Source: Candidatus Micrarchaeota archaeon (GTDB lineage: Archaea > Micrarchaeota > Micrarchaeia > Anstonellales > Anstonellaceae). From it: 57,784 bases of DNA. The notes below the pieces were generated by a model. That model searched no databases. It saw only the letters and a list, made by a program, of their open reading frames with translations, and had not been told where the DNA came from. The DNA lies in NCBI GenBank assembly GCA_018304295.1, contig JAGVWK010000046.1, forward strand, positions 1 to 57,784, read 5' to 3'. Below, piece by piece: positions 8,227 through 17,812 of the stretch (the stretch's first letter is position 1; each line of letters starts with the position of its first letter). The position numbers and the translations under genes were made by a program.

Positions 8227-9105
8227 CTAGCCTATCCTTTTGAGCGCGGCAATCCTCTCCTCAATTGGCGGATGCGTTGAAAACAGCGACATGAGCTTGT
8301 TTGGAATCGGGTTCGCAATGTAAAGGGACGCGGTCGCATCAGTCGCGTTTTTCACGCGCATTTTGCTTTTCCCTATTTTCTCAAGCGCGGAGGAAAGCCC
8401 TAAGGGGTTGCGCGTGAGCTGCACTGCGCTTGCATCCGCCAAAAATTCCCTTTTGCGCGAAATTGCAAGATGCACAAGCTGCGCAAATATGGGAGCGAGT
8501 ATTATGAGCGCAATCCCAACTACCATAAGTATTGCATTCCCGCCTTTCCCATCCCTTCTTCCCCCTCCAAAAAACATCATCCTTATTGCAATGTCGCCCA
8601 TAATCGCAACCGCGCCCACAAGCACGACCGCAATAGTTGCAAAGCGCACATCATAATTTTTAACGTGCGAAAGCTCGTGAGCAAGCACCCCCTCAAGCTC
8701 ATAGCGGTCCATTGTTTTAAGCAACCCTGTGGTAACCGCAACCGCCGCGTGCTGCGGGTCCCTTCCGGTTGCAAACGCGTTTGGGGCATCATCCTCTATC
8801 ACATACGCAGCCGGAGATGGAATTCCTGCCGCAATCGCAAGCCCTTCCACGGTATTCACATAATGCGCATGCACTCGCCTGTCTGCAGGCTTTGCGCCGC
8901 TCATGGAAAGCACTATCTTATCCGAATAATAATAGCCGCCAATCGCATACGCAAACGCAATAACAAGCGCAAGAATAGCCCCAAAAGCGCCCATATTAAC
9001 GAGGTAGCTTATTGCCCATGCGGTTGCAAACACAACCGCAAGCATGAGCAGCATTAACAGTAGGGAGTTGCGCTTGTTCCTATTTACGGATTCGTAAAGT
9101 TCCAT
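8227..9105 (-). CDS. htpX: Zinc metalloprotease HtpX (M48 family)
   Basis: HELSHVKNYD motif and four hydrophobic segments. Confidence 0.9.
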   Translation of the reverse strand: MELYESVNRNKRNSLLLMLLMLAVVFATAWAISYLVNMGAFGAILALVIAFAYAIGGYYYSDKIVLSMSGAKPADRRVHAHYVNTVEGLAIAAGIPSPAAYVIEDDAPNAFATGRDPQHAAVAVTTGLLKTMDRYELEGVLAHELSHVKNYDVRFATIAVVLVGAVAIMGDIAIRMMFFGGGRRDGKGGNAILMVVGIALIILAPIFAQLVHLAISRKREFLADASAVQLTRNPLGLSSALEKIGKSKMRVKNATDATASLYIANPIPNKLMSLFSTHPPIEERIAALKRIG

Positions 9106-9122
9106 CCAAAACCCCTATGGTG

Positions 9123-9692
9123 CTAGAACTTCACTTCAACGTTTTTTCTTTCTTCCCCTCCGGTTTTGAAATATTCCTTTGCCACAAAGCCGAACATCCC
9201 CGCAATTATGTTGCTTGGGACGCTCTGTATGCTTGTATTGTAGGAGAGCACCGCATCATTGTAGAATTGCCTTGCATACGCGATTTTGCTTTCCGTTCCT
9301 GCAATCTCCTCCTGCAGCAGCTTGAAGTTCTCGTTTGCGCGAAGCTGCGGGTAGTTTTCAGCAACAGCAAAAAGGGATTTGAGCGTTGAGGTGAGCATGT
9401 TGTCAGCCTTTGCCTTCTCACCGACAGTTTGCGCGCCCATAAGGGCTGCGCGCGCCTTTGTAACATTCTCAAAAACAGCCTTTTCATGCTTTGCATATCC
9501 CTTTACCGTTTCCACAAGGTTGGGTATCATGTCATACCTTCTCTTAAGCTGCACGTCAATTTGCGACCACGCATTCTCAATGCGGTTGCGCGCGGTAACA
9601 AGCCCGTTGTAAATAAGCACAAGCCCCACTGCCAAAAGCACAAGCACTGCCCCACCTGCAAGCACAATAATCTCAAGAGCCATCAAAACCAC
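9123..9692 (-). CDS. lemA: LemA family membrane protein
   Basis: An N-terminal TM segment followed by [39 protein letters not shown]. LemA-HtpX pairing is common. Confidence 0.9.
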   Translation of the reverse strand: MVLMALEIIVLAGGAVLVLLAVGLVLIYNGLVTARNRIENAWSQIDVQLKRRYDMIPNLVETVKGYAKHEKAVFENVTKARAALMGAQTVGEKAKADNMLTSTLKSLFAVAENYPQLRANENFKLLQEEIAGTESKIAYARQFYNDAVLSYNTSIQSVPSNIIAGMFGFVAKEYFKTGGEERKNVEVKF

Positions 9693-9716
9693 CGCTAAAA
9701 ATATGGATTGCTTTAT

Positions 9717-10409
9717 TTAAAGACTTATCTTTATCTCAAACATGTACCCCATGCCTCTAACGTATTCCACAATCGCGCATTTGTCAATGTCAATTTCCAC
9801 CAATGCGTTCTGAATTTTCTTAAGATCTGCGATCGCATCCATTACTTTATCCATGTTTCCTTTCCAACCAGGTGCCTCATTTTGGGCTGTCGGGACTGCC
9901 AACTCCGCCAAGCCCATCATGATGCAAAGCTTCTGATTGACGTAATGGTTTATTGTGATGGAATAAATGTCCCTCATCCTAACACCATCCGCTGCATCTT
10001 TTCCAAATCCTTCCATCTTGCATATTGTTTTTATCTGCGCACAATAATCATTTATCCGCTGTTTCGATCTCTTCATATGCATCTTAGCGTTTTCCAGCTC
10101 ATTTTCTTCCAACGCCTTTTTCATCCCATTCAAACTCTCTTGCAACTCCAAAACCAATTTGGATGCTGCCAGCTTTTCAATTTTTTTCTTAAACCACACA
10201 GCAACTTCCCTGTCTTTATCCGTCCAATTCCGCTTTAAAGCCGCTGGCTCCGCGCCATTTGCAACGCTTTCCACAAGCGGCGCTCCAAAATTTGCCCCTG
10301 TTCCATTGCGCCCGCAATCCGTGCTCTTGCCCATTTCTACTTGCGCTCTCGCTCCTCCCACCTGCTTCGCTGCGCCAGCGCCTCCTCTAGTTTTTTGTTC
10401 CTGAGCCAT
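9717..10409 (-). CDS. Hypothetical protein (230 aa)
   Basis: Long ORF divergent from the pilin-like cluster; no motif recognised. Confidence 0.45.
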   Translation of the reverse strand: MAQEQKTRGGAGAAKQVGGARAQVEMGKSTDCGRNGTGANFGAPLVESVANGAEPAALKRNWTDKDREVAVWFKKKIEKLAASKLVLELQESLNGMKKALEENELENAKMHMKRSKQRINDYCAQIKTICKMEGFGKDAADGVRMRDIYSITINHYVNQKLCIMMGLAELAVPTAQNEAPGWKGNMDKVMDAIADLKKIQNALVEIDIDKCAIVEYVRGMGYMFEIKISL

Positions 10410-10495
10410 CCTGCTACCCCTCTTACAACAATTTATAACATATTATGCGCCCCAACCTTTATTAGCCTTACAACCCTATTCCCCACGGGAGTGGC

Positions 10496-11308
10496 ATGTG
10501 GAAAGCCTTTGTGTTCTCAATGGATGCTTTTGTTGCCCTAATGCTCATCCTGCTTGCAATAAACTCCGCAATCACGCTCTCTTCAGTTCCAAAGGGCTAT
10601 TATGCATCCTTGGAGCAGGCGCATGACTTGGCAAAAGACACGCTTCTTTCCATGCGCGCAACGGCTTTTAGCTGGGAGCTCTCATACCTTGATGCCCTTG
10701 TAGGTGGGGGCGCAAACGCGCGCCTTGCAATCGCAAGCTCGGCTGAAAAGGCAATACCAATGCAATTTGGCTACCGCTTTGACCGCTTTAACGCAAATAC
10801 GCTGCAATGGGAGGAGATTTACGATTCCAGCACAGATTCCCCGCGCTCCTCCCCCCGATATGGAAGGGAGCAAAAAAAACTTTCTGCCTCTTACCGGCTT
10901 TTTGTTTCCTCTTATGACGTTCCGCTTAACAGGGGCGTTTCTCCCTACTGCTACATCTCCTGCTCGGGCGCGGACTTTCCAATTTCCAGCCCGCCGGAAG
11001 ATGAAATTGGGGAAGAAGAGCAAGGCGGCTTGTTCCCAAGTGCCAATTCCCCCACAGCAGGGCAATCGCTTTCTTTTGCAGCCCCATCTGCGCAGGCGGG
11101 CAAAAGCGCCCCAACTGCTTCGCGCGCCGCGCATCCCCTTTTGCTTGCGGACGACCTGCCTTCCAATGAACTGATAAACATAAGCGAGCCAAGCATAGGC
11201 GAGCCCGCCACTTCCAACAGGTGCATGTCCCCATGCGATGTGCCACGCTCGCTTTATTCGGACGGACTGCCCTTTGTGGGGCAGATAAGGCTCACAGTAT
11301 ATTCCTAA
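10496..11308 (+). CDS. Type IV pilin-like protein (class III signal-like N-terminus)
   Basis: The N-terminus MWKAFVFSMDAFVALMLILLAINSAI is a short charged leader followed by a hydrophobic helix. The FxFSxDAxxAL motif is shared with 13917..14474. Confidence 0.6.
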   Translation: MWKAFVFSMDAFVALMLILLAINSAITLSSVPKGYYASLEQAHDLAKDTLLSMRATAFSWELSYLDALVGGGANARLAIASSAEKAIPMQFGYRFDRFNANTLQWEEIYDSSTDSPRSSPRYGREQKKLSASYRLFVSSYDVPLNRGVSPYCYISCSGADFPISSPPEDEIGEEEQGGLFPSANSPTAGQSLSFAAPSAQAGKSAPTASRAAHPLLLADDLPSNELINISEPSIGEPATSNRCMSPCDVPRSLYSDGLPFVGQIRLTVYS

Positions 11309-11332
11309 AAAGAAAATTCCCAACGTGATAAT

Positions 11333-12973
11333 ATGAAAATACGCGCCCCAAAAACAAGCGCAACAAAAAGCGGCTTTCTCTTCACTGCGCTTGCGCTTGT
11401 GCTGCTGACTTTCATGCTGGCTTCGCTTTCCGCAAGTGCAGCCGCAAGCGCGGCAGCAGAGAAAACTTACGCATACCGCTTCAAGGTGGAATCCCTTAAC
11501 TCCCTGCTTGAAAGCACAAGCGACGAGCAGCTAAGCAATTTTGCTCAAATGTCCCTGCAGCATTCGCTTTCGCAGCTTGCAGCCTACACCGCAACAACGC
11601 AGCCGCTTTCCCTTGAGCCAACAACGCACGCAGATAACTCATGGACTGCCAACGTAAACACTTCCCTTTACGAGCTCATGCTTAACGGCACAACAAGGGG
11701 CGGCACATCCGGCTTTTTAACCCCGCTTTCACTCCCGCGGCAGGAGTATTCCCTTTCAAGCTGGAAAAAAACCCTGAATGCAAGCGCCTCCGCAGCAGGC
11801 TTTTCATTGATATTCGGCGAAATTTCCTCATTTGACGCGTTCCAAAGCGACCAATGGACAGTTACCGCAAGCTTTTCCATCCCCATAAGCATACAGGATG
11901 CAGAAGGCACTTTTCTTGTGCAAAAAACCCTGCATGCAAACGTCGCTGTCCCAATAGACGGCATATACGACCCGTTTGTGGCGCGCGAGGATGCAAGAAG
12001 GAGGCTTAACGCCTTCCCTGCCGCAGGCTCCATGTTTGCGCAAAAGCAGATTTTCCACAGCTCCACCTACGCTGTCCCTTCTGACGTTGCCCCGCGCATC
12101 ATTGATGATGAGGAGGGCAATATTGCAGGCGGGCTGGGCTGGTTCTACGGCTCTGCCCTTGAGCTTTCGCAGGACGACATCCCAATGGTAAACGCCTCGG
12201 ATGCACGCCAGTCCATACTTGTGAGCGATTACTACTCCGGGATTGAGGCGCATGGGCATGTTTTTGGCGCAGTTGCAATAACAAGCCTGCCCACAGAGGA
12301 CATAATAACAGAAGAGAATGGCGGCTGCACGACAACAATAACGCAGGAAGAAGAATGCGTGAACTGCCGCAGGCGTGAAGTGGAGGTATGCAACGGCAAC
12401 ACCGTGCGCGACGACCTTGAAATAACAAACCACGTGAATTTCTCCTACATCGTAACGGACGGCCGCGGCTGGCTTGTAGGCGCAACCGCAGTGCCAACGG
12501 ACAGCCTCCCGCACGTGCTTTTTGACAACGAGCACGGCACAAATTCCTTTGCGCAGGCATACGACGGATACCATCGCGTATTTGACATTGAAAAGCTGCG
12601 CGATATGGCAATATGCGGCTTGTACGTGCAAAACCCGCAATCCCTATCCTTTTTCCAGCGCATGCTTGATTTCCCAACACACTCGCTTCCCTCAAGCCCC
12701 CTTGGCATAGAGTCCTTTGTGGTTGGAAGGTGGGCGGGCGGCGCGGACGATACCCTGCACGACGAATACTCAAGGCTTGACCGCCAATTCTATGCTGGCG
12801 AGCAGGGAACGCGCATAAAGGGAATGAGCGGCTGCAAAAGCAGGGAAATGTGCTCATCCGAGGACGCAATAACGTATGGCGTAGGGCATTTCAGGCTTGA
12901 CGCGGAAAGCATGGACGATTATATGGCAGGCCCAATAAGCTGCAACGGAACCTCGGGAGGGGGGTGCGGATGA
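11333..12973 (+). CDS. Large type IV pilin-like protein (546 aa)
   Basis: N-terminus ...TSATKSGFLFTALALVLLTFMLASL. Overlaps the next gene by ATGA. Confidence 0.6.
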   Translation: MKIRAPKTSATKSGFLFTALALVLLTFMLASLSASAAASAAAEKTYAYRFKVESLNSLLESTSDEQLSNFAQMSLQHSLSQLAAYTATTQPLSLEPTTHADNSWTANVNTSLYELMLNGTTRGGTSGFLTPLSLPRQEYSLSSWKKTLNASASAAGFSLIFGEISSFDAFQSDQWTVTASFSIPISIQDAEGTFLVQKTLHANVAVPIDGIYDPFVAREDARRRLNAFPAAGSMFAQKQIFHSSTYAVPSDVAPRIIDDEEGNIAGGLGWFYGSALELSQDDIPMVNASDARQSILVSDYYSGIEAHGHVFGAVAITSLPTEDIITEENGGCTTTITQEEECVNCRRREVEVCNGNTVRDDLEITNHVNFSYIVTDGRGWLVGATAVPTDSLPHVLFDNEHGTNSFAQAYDGYHRVFDIEKLRDMAICGLYVQNPQSLSFFQRMLDFPTHSLPSSPLGIESFVVGRWAGGADDTLHDEYSRLDRQFYAGEQGTRIKGMSGCKSREMCSSEDAITYGVGHFRLDAESMDDYMAGPISCNGTSGGGCG

Positions 12974-13473
12974 TGGCAACCCCAACCCCCAATTTTCTCC
13001 CCTGCGCAAAAGCGCACACAAAAGCGCAGGCAAGCATGGAGCTTCTCACGCTCATGGGCTTTGCGCTGATTTTTTTCATACCATTGGCGCTGCTCTTTTT
13101 CGCAACCTCGCAAAACAGCACGGATGAGGCTGCAATTGCGCAGGCGCGCCTTGCAGGCAGGCAGCTTGCGGACAACGCAGGAGAAGTGTATTTGCAGGGA
13201 GCCCCGGCACGGCGGGAGATAATGGTGAATTTCCCCGCAAGCTTGCAGGACGTGCGCATAAACGGCTCGGAGATTGTTTTTTCCCTTTCAACCTCAAAGG
13301 GGCGGCTTGACATAGTTACCAGTTCATTTGCAAACCTTACTGACGGAACCCCCTCGCTTTCCTCAATGCAAAACCCAAACACATTGCGCATAAGCCAAGG
13401 AAGCCGGCTTATAATATTGCAGGCGCGCCTTCTTGCCTCAAAAAACACAGTGGTGGAGATTTTCCATGGATAG
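12970..13473 (+). CDS. Type IV pilin-like protein with a class III signal peptide
   Basis: KAQASMELLTLMGFALIFFIPLALLFF matches the K/R-[GA]-Q-x-S/A-x-E-L-L class III signal pattern. Confidence 0.7.
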   Translation: MMATPTPNFLPCAKAHTKAQASMELLTLMGFALIFFIPLALLFFATSQNSTDEAAIAQARLAGRQLADNAGEVYLQGAPARREIMVNFPASLQDVRINGSEIVFSLSTSKGRLDIVTSSFANLTDGTPSLSSMQNPNTLRISQGSRLIILQARLLASKNTVVEIFHG

Positions 13474-13912
13474 CGACTCTCTTTTCCCTCACATGCATTC
13501 CAAGGCGCAGGCGGCAGTTGAGCTGCTTGCATACTGGTCTTTCTTTTTCCTTGCATTCGTAACAATGCTTGCCTACCTTACTACTATTTCGCAGGCAGAG
13601 CTGCATCAAAAACAGTACGAGCAGGCGGCAGAATACGCGCACGAGATTGGCGGCTATTTTGATTTTGCAGTGCGCGCAGGGAGTGGCTTTGCAGGAACCT
13701 TTCCGCTTCGCAGCGACATAATGGGCAGGCCCTACTACGCCACTTTTAGCAGCAGCGGCAATCTGTATGTGGAGTGGGAGGCGCAAACAGCGCAAAAAGT
13801 GGACCTTGATACGCAGGCAGGCTTTGTGCGCTTCACAAACAAGAACGGCACAATCTCCATATCGCAGGCAGCAATGCCGCAGCAAAACCAGCAGTTAAAC
13901 CAAGCAGGCTGA
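13466..13912 (+). CDS. Type IV pilin-like protein with a class III signal peptide
   Basis: MDSDSLFPHMHSKAQAAVELLAYWSFFFLAFVTMLAY. The internal Met gives an 8-nt overlap with the upstream gene. Confidence 0.65.
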   Translation: MDSDSLFPHMHSKAQAAVELLAYWSFFFLAFVTMLAYLTTISQAELHQKQYEQAAEYAHEIGGYFDFAVRAGSGFAGTFPLRSDIMGRPYYATFSSSGNLYVEWEAQTAQKVDLDTQAGFVRFTNKNGTISISQAAMPQQNQQLNQAG

Positions 13913-13916
13913 TAAT

Positions 13917-14474
13917 ATGCAATTTTCCAAAAAACCCATCCAAAACGCCGCAACAACCAACGTGCGGCACACCACAAAGGGGCAATATTTCTCCTTTGAC
14001 GCGCTCATGTCCGCTCTCATACTTGTGCTTGCGGTTTCCCTTCTAAGCGCATACTGGTTTGGGGTGCAAAACAATTCCCTTCAGCAGGAAAGCAGGATGC
14101 TCTCGCGCGCACTTTCCATTTCAGACTCTCTTCTCACAAGCGGCTCGCCGCCGGACTGGGAGGATGCGGACTCGGTGCGCTCCTTCGGGCTTGCATACGA
14201 ACTCAACAGCTCCCTTTCAGAGGAGAAAATAAACGAATTAACATCCTATCTTTCCAACGACGCAAACTATGCGCTTTTCTCAAGCCAGCTCTCAGTTCCC
14301 AACGTTTTTGTGAACATAACATCGCTTGACAATTCCTTTAACTACCATTTTGGCAGGCAGCCGGCCGAAAACGCCCGCCAATCAATAGTTACGCGCGTTG
14401 CGCAAATGCACGGCACAATGGCATCCATGCGCATAAGCGTGTGGAGCAGTGCGACCGCAACACAGCCGTCATAA
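13917..14474 (+). CDS. Type IV pilin-like protein
   Basis: ...HTTKGQYFSFDALMSALILVLAVSLLSAYWF. Confidence 0.65.
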   Translation: MQFSKKPIQNAATTNVRHTTKGQYFSFDALMSALILVLAVSLLSAYWFGVQNNSLQQESRMLSRALSISDSLLTSGSPPDWEDADSVRSFGLAYELNSSLSEEKINELTSYLSNDANYALFSSQLSVPNVFVNITSLDNSFNYHFGRQPAENARQSIVTRVAQMHGTMASMRISVWSSATATQPS

Positions 14475-14505
14475 CTCTTCCAGTTCTGCGACTTTTATAA
14501 CAGCA

Positions 14506-14513
14506 TTTAAATA
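14506..14513 (+). promoter_or_regulatory. TATA box (tttaaata) 23-30 nt upstream of ATG 14536
   Basis: Matches the archaeal TTTAWATA consensus. The spacing implies a leaderless transcript. Confidence 0.5.
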
Positions 14514-14535
14514 CCCTTTCCATCACAATATTTCC

Positions 14536-17412
14536 ATGCCACTAACAGATGGACAAAGGTGCGAATTAATCTGCATATCCCGGGCGCTCCCAACCCTGCG
14601 CGCAGTTCCAACAATTGAAAACATACGCAATTGCCCGGGCGTTAATCGGGAAATTTTTGACTCCATGTGGGCAACGTCCGCCAACCGCTCCAAAATAGAA
14701 CACCTCATAAAAAACTGGATAAGCTGTGGCATGTCATTTGAGTTTTTCAAATCAGGGCTGCTTGGCACAGTGGGGCATCCTGTTTATATATCAGAGGCAA
14801 CGCATGCACGCATTCATTCCGAGGCGCTAAGGATAATCTCACACGCAGACCAAACAACGCTCCAACGGCTTTCCAATATGAAAATGGATGCGGATTTTGT
14901 TGCAGATTTGTTTGGCGGCACTGCAGGCGAGATGCCATTTTTGCGCATGTTCCTTCTTCGAGGCGTTGCATTTGAAGCCGCAGTGCACCATGCAATACAA
15001 GAACGGCTTCACCCATCCCAAGAGTCCATCGCAGGGTCGCCTGAGGCGCACACTGCAAATGTCCGGCCCGTGTCAGTACGTGGCAGCGCAACCACACTCC
15101 GCAGTAGCGCAACCACAGCGCTTAATGCAACTCCATTACCAACAGTTGCACCCGGCACTGCTCATGCATACTCTGTCTCACCCGCAGCCCATCCGCCTGC
15201 TGAAAAAGACGCACAATCCTTGCATGGTGCCGGTGCAATGGCGCCAACGAACCAAATCCATTGGAAACAAATCTCCCACAAAGATTTTCTTGCCATCGTG
15301 CTGGACGCAATTTCCAACTGCAACGGGTTTGGGCTGGACGCCGAACTATACCTGATGGGAATCTCACGGGCAAAACTCTCCTTATTCACCCACCAATTTC
15401 CCGAAATGGCTGCGCAAATAGAGCACGCACGGGCAGAAAAAGCCCGCACAATGCCATTTGAAAAATTCCAAGTGCATTTTGCGCACCTGACGCACTCCTC
15501 CGAAGAGCTAAAAATGGCAGCATACGGGCGCATATATGAAAAAATCGCGTCGGAACTCCCATCCCTGCATTTTGTCCCAACAGACAATGCGCTTAAGGAG
15601 CATTTCCATTTTTCCGCGCTTACAATAAGATCGGCGCGCGAATATTTCCCCGAGCTTAATGCTCAAATACGCACCCATATACTTTCATTACCGCCTAGGG
15701 CTTTATTTGCTGTGGACCAAATCCAGCAGAATAGCCATGTAAAATCCGCAATGGACGAGCGCATAGGGCTTTTGATTCTTGGCGCAATAAAAAACGCCAA
15801 AAAACCCCCTTCAGACCTTGAGATTGCAAGAATGTTGGGAGCCGGCGATGCAACAATACGCGGCATCAAAACCCGCCTTGCGCGCTCCAACCCAAAATTG
15901 CTTGCCAGAATGGGCACGGAAACTGAAAAATGGATAAATCGCCTTCCGCATGAAGAGTTCTGTTCGCTGCTGCAGAAAATGCCCTCAGCCTCGGACGAAT
16001 TGCGCAGCGCAATAGACAAGCGCATCACGCGGGAGGTTTTAACAAATGCAGTGGAGGCGCTTGAGGAAGGAAAGCATCCAACCATCTCGCTTGCAGCCCT
16101 TTCCAATATTTCCGGCTTTAGCGTTGATGTCCTCACAGGCTTCTTTAAACGGAATCCAGTTACGCGCACTGTCGTATGCCTCCTCAAGCCCCTTTCCGAA
16201 GGCAACACGGACGAAGCACTTGCAGGCATTTTGCGCACAACAAAACCGGAAATCGTGAAAGCAAGAACTCTGCTTGGGCTTCTACGCGGCAACGAAACCC
16301 CATCCAAAACAAGCACCCCATTGCTTTCAACAGAGCCGGCACAAAGATTTCTTGCGCTTTCACCCCCACTGGGGCTGCATTACCGCGCGCAAGAAAAAGG
16401 CATTGCCGGCACATCGTTCCATCCTCCCAAAAAAAGAATTCCGCATTCGCCCACGCAGCGCACGCCTTCCACGCGCCCCAACGCGGCTGTTAAACCTGCG
16501 CATGCGCACCACTCATCCGCCGCGCTGCCGGCTGTCACGCGCCCCAACGAAGCCGTTAAGCCCAACGCAGCCGCATCTTCAAAAACCGTGCCAGAAGCCG
16601 CATCTTCAAATGTGCAGCCAAACCCTTCTGCCCGCCCGGCATTACCCACCAGCCCACCTCCCATTCTTCATGCGCCCCCAGTAGAGCCCTCGCAGCCCAC
16701 GCGCAACCCAGTGCGGCAAATCCCGCCTTCAGCAGTCAGTTCTGCTTCTTGCGCACCCCCTCACGCAGGTTATTCCCCTTTGGAGCTATCCCTGCTCTCT
16801 GACTATCTTAAGGGAAGGGTTCTTGATTTCAGCGGCAAATTAATCCCGCAGACGCCTTCGCGCACCAAAAACAAAAGTCCAACTGAAAATGTGCCGGCAG
16901 AAATAATTGAAGAATTGGCGCATGATGGCATTCCACTTGGCGCCTTAATGCCTGCTGGCGAAGGCGATTTGTTTTTAGGGCTCACGGGCAACGGCTCCAA
17001 TCCTTTTTCCAACATGGCAGTTCTTACGGACCCCCACTCAAATTTTGACACAATATTTGTTGATTTGCGCACCTTGCCCGACACCTGCGCGCTGATTGGC
17101 GCCATAAACAATCTTCCTGACTCCAAAAAACTGGTAATCCTTGAATCTTCCGAAGCAATATGTTCCAGTTCTGCAATTTCCAAACTGGAACACGCGAATT
17201 TCACGTATTCCCGCCTTACGTGCTCCCGCAAGGAAACCTGCCTCTCTTTGGCAGTTTTTACAAAAAAATCCAACGCACTGCCTCTTAGCACCCTGCCAAG
17301 CCTAAGCGCAATCAGGGGCGCAATGCCCGCTCCAAAAATAAGCCCGCCACCTTCAAAGCCTCCACTCAGCAGCACCACGCTTCCCAGCCCTGCCTCTTTG
17401 CGCACCGCATAA
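14536..17412 (+). CDS. Large hypothetical protein with repeated HTH-like units and a Pro/Ala/Ser-rich linker
   Basis: The long ORF is trimmed to the Met that has a correctly spaced TATA box. It contains recurring QFPEMAAQIEHAR / YFPELNAQIRTHI and SDLEIARMLGAGDATIRGIKTRLARSNP / TDEALAGILRTTKPEIVKARTLLG units. Confidence 0.6.
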   Translation: MPLTDGQRCELICISRALPTLRAVPTIENIRNCPGVNREIFDSMWATSANRSKIEHLIKNWISCGMSFEFFKSGLLGTVGHPVYISEATHARIHSEALRIISHADQTTLQRLSNMKMDADFVADLFGGTAGEMPFLRMFLLRGVAFEAAVHHAIQERLHPSQESIAGSPEAHTANVRPVSVRGSATTLRSSATTALNATPLPTVAPGTAHAYSVSPAAHPPAEKDAQSLHGAGAMAPTNQIHWKQISHKDFLAIVLDAISNCNGFGLDAELYLMGISRAKLSLFTHQFPEMAAQIEHARAEKARTMPFEKFQVHFAHLTHSSEELKMAAYGRIYEKIASELPSLHFVPTDNALKEHFHFSALTIRSAREYFPELNAQIRTHILSLPPRALFAVDQIQQNSHVKSAMDERIGLLILGAIKNAKKPPSDLEIARMLGAGDATIRGIKTRLARSNPKLLARMGTETEKWINRLPHEEFCSLLQKMPSASDELRSAIDKRITREVLTNAVEALEEGKHPTISLAALSNISGFSVDVLTGFFKRNPVTRTVVCLLKPLSEGNTDEALAGILRTTKPEIVKARTLLGLLRGNETPSKTSTPLLSTEPAQRFLALSPPLGLHYRAQEKGIAGTSFHPPKKRIPHSPTQRTPSTRPNAAVKPAHAHHSSAALPAVTRPNEAVKPNAAASSKTVPEAASSNVQPNPSARPALPTSPPPILHAPPVEPSQPTRNPVRQIPPSAVSSASCAPPHAGYSPLELSLLSDYLKGRVLDFSGKLIPQTPSRTKNKSPTENVPAEIIEELAHDGIPLGALMPAGEGDLFLGLTGNGSNPFSNMAVLTDPHSNFDTIFVDLRTLPDTCALIGAINNLPDSKKLVILESSEAICSSSAISKLEHANFTYSRLTCSRKETCLSLAVFTKKSNALPLSTLPSLSAIRGAMPAPKISPPPSKPPLSSTTLPSPASLRTA

Positions 17413-17490
17413 GATGCTTGCAGCCCGCCCGAGCTTTGGCTTTTTAAAGAGTAGCCTCCAATACAGGATGTTTTTTACGAGGTGCTTTGA

Positions 17491-17715
17491 ATGGCTGAGA
17501 AAAGACCGTTTGACATACTGAACAATGCGCTCAACAACAACGTCGTTGTGGGGATAAAGGGCGGGCTTGAAGTGCGTGGCATGATGGTTTCCTACGACGT
17601 GCACATGAATATCGTGCTTGAAAAGGCTGAGCAGCTAAAGGACGGCGAGGTAAAGCGCGGCCTTGGAACAGTGCTTTTGCGCGGCGACTCGGTAGTGTAC
17701 ATTTCGCCCTCATAA
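17491..17715 (+). CDS. Sm-like archaeal protein (LSm/SmAP)
   Basis: Sm1/Sm2 motifs: VVVGIKGGLEVRGMMVSYDVHMNIVLEKAE...LGTVLLRGDSVVYIS. Confidence 0.9.
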   Translation: MAEKRPFDILNNALNNNVVVGIKGGLEVRGMMVSYDVHMNIVLEKAEQLKDGEVKRGLGTVLLRGDSVVYISPS

Positions 17716-17812
17716 AAGTCGCATTTGGGCAAAACACATTGCGTGCGGCTCGCCCCTTGCAAAAACGTGCATCTTTAAATTAATTCCCAAACCACCCAAA
17801 ACAGGTGGTTTT

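Noticed and set aside
14523-17405. Numerous 60-220-aa ORFs on both strands inside 14536..17412, and likewise inside 50885..54949.
   Set aside because: They are nested in single very long ORFs with consistent composition, and none has independent start signals or motifs. I cannot exclude that the long ORFs themselves are mis-joined, but I saw no frame breaks.
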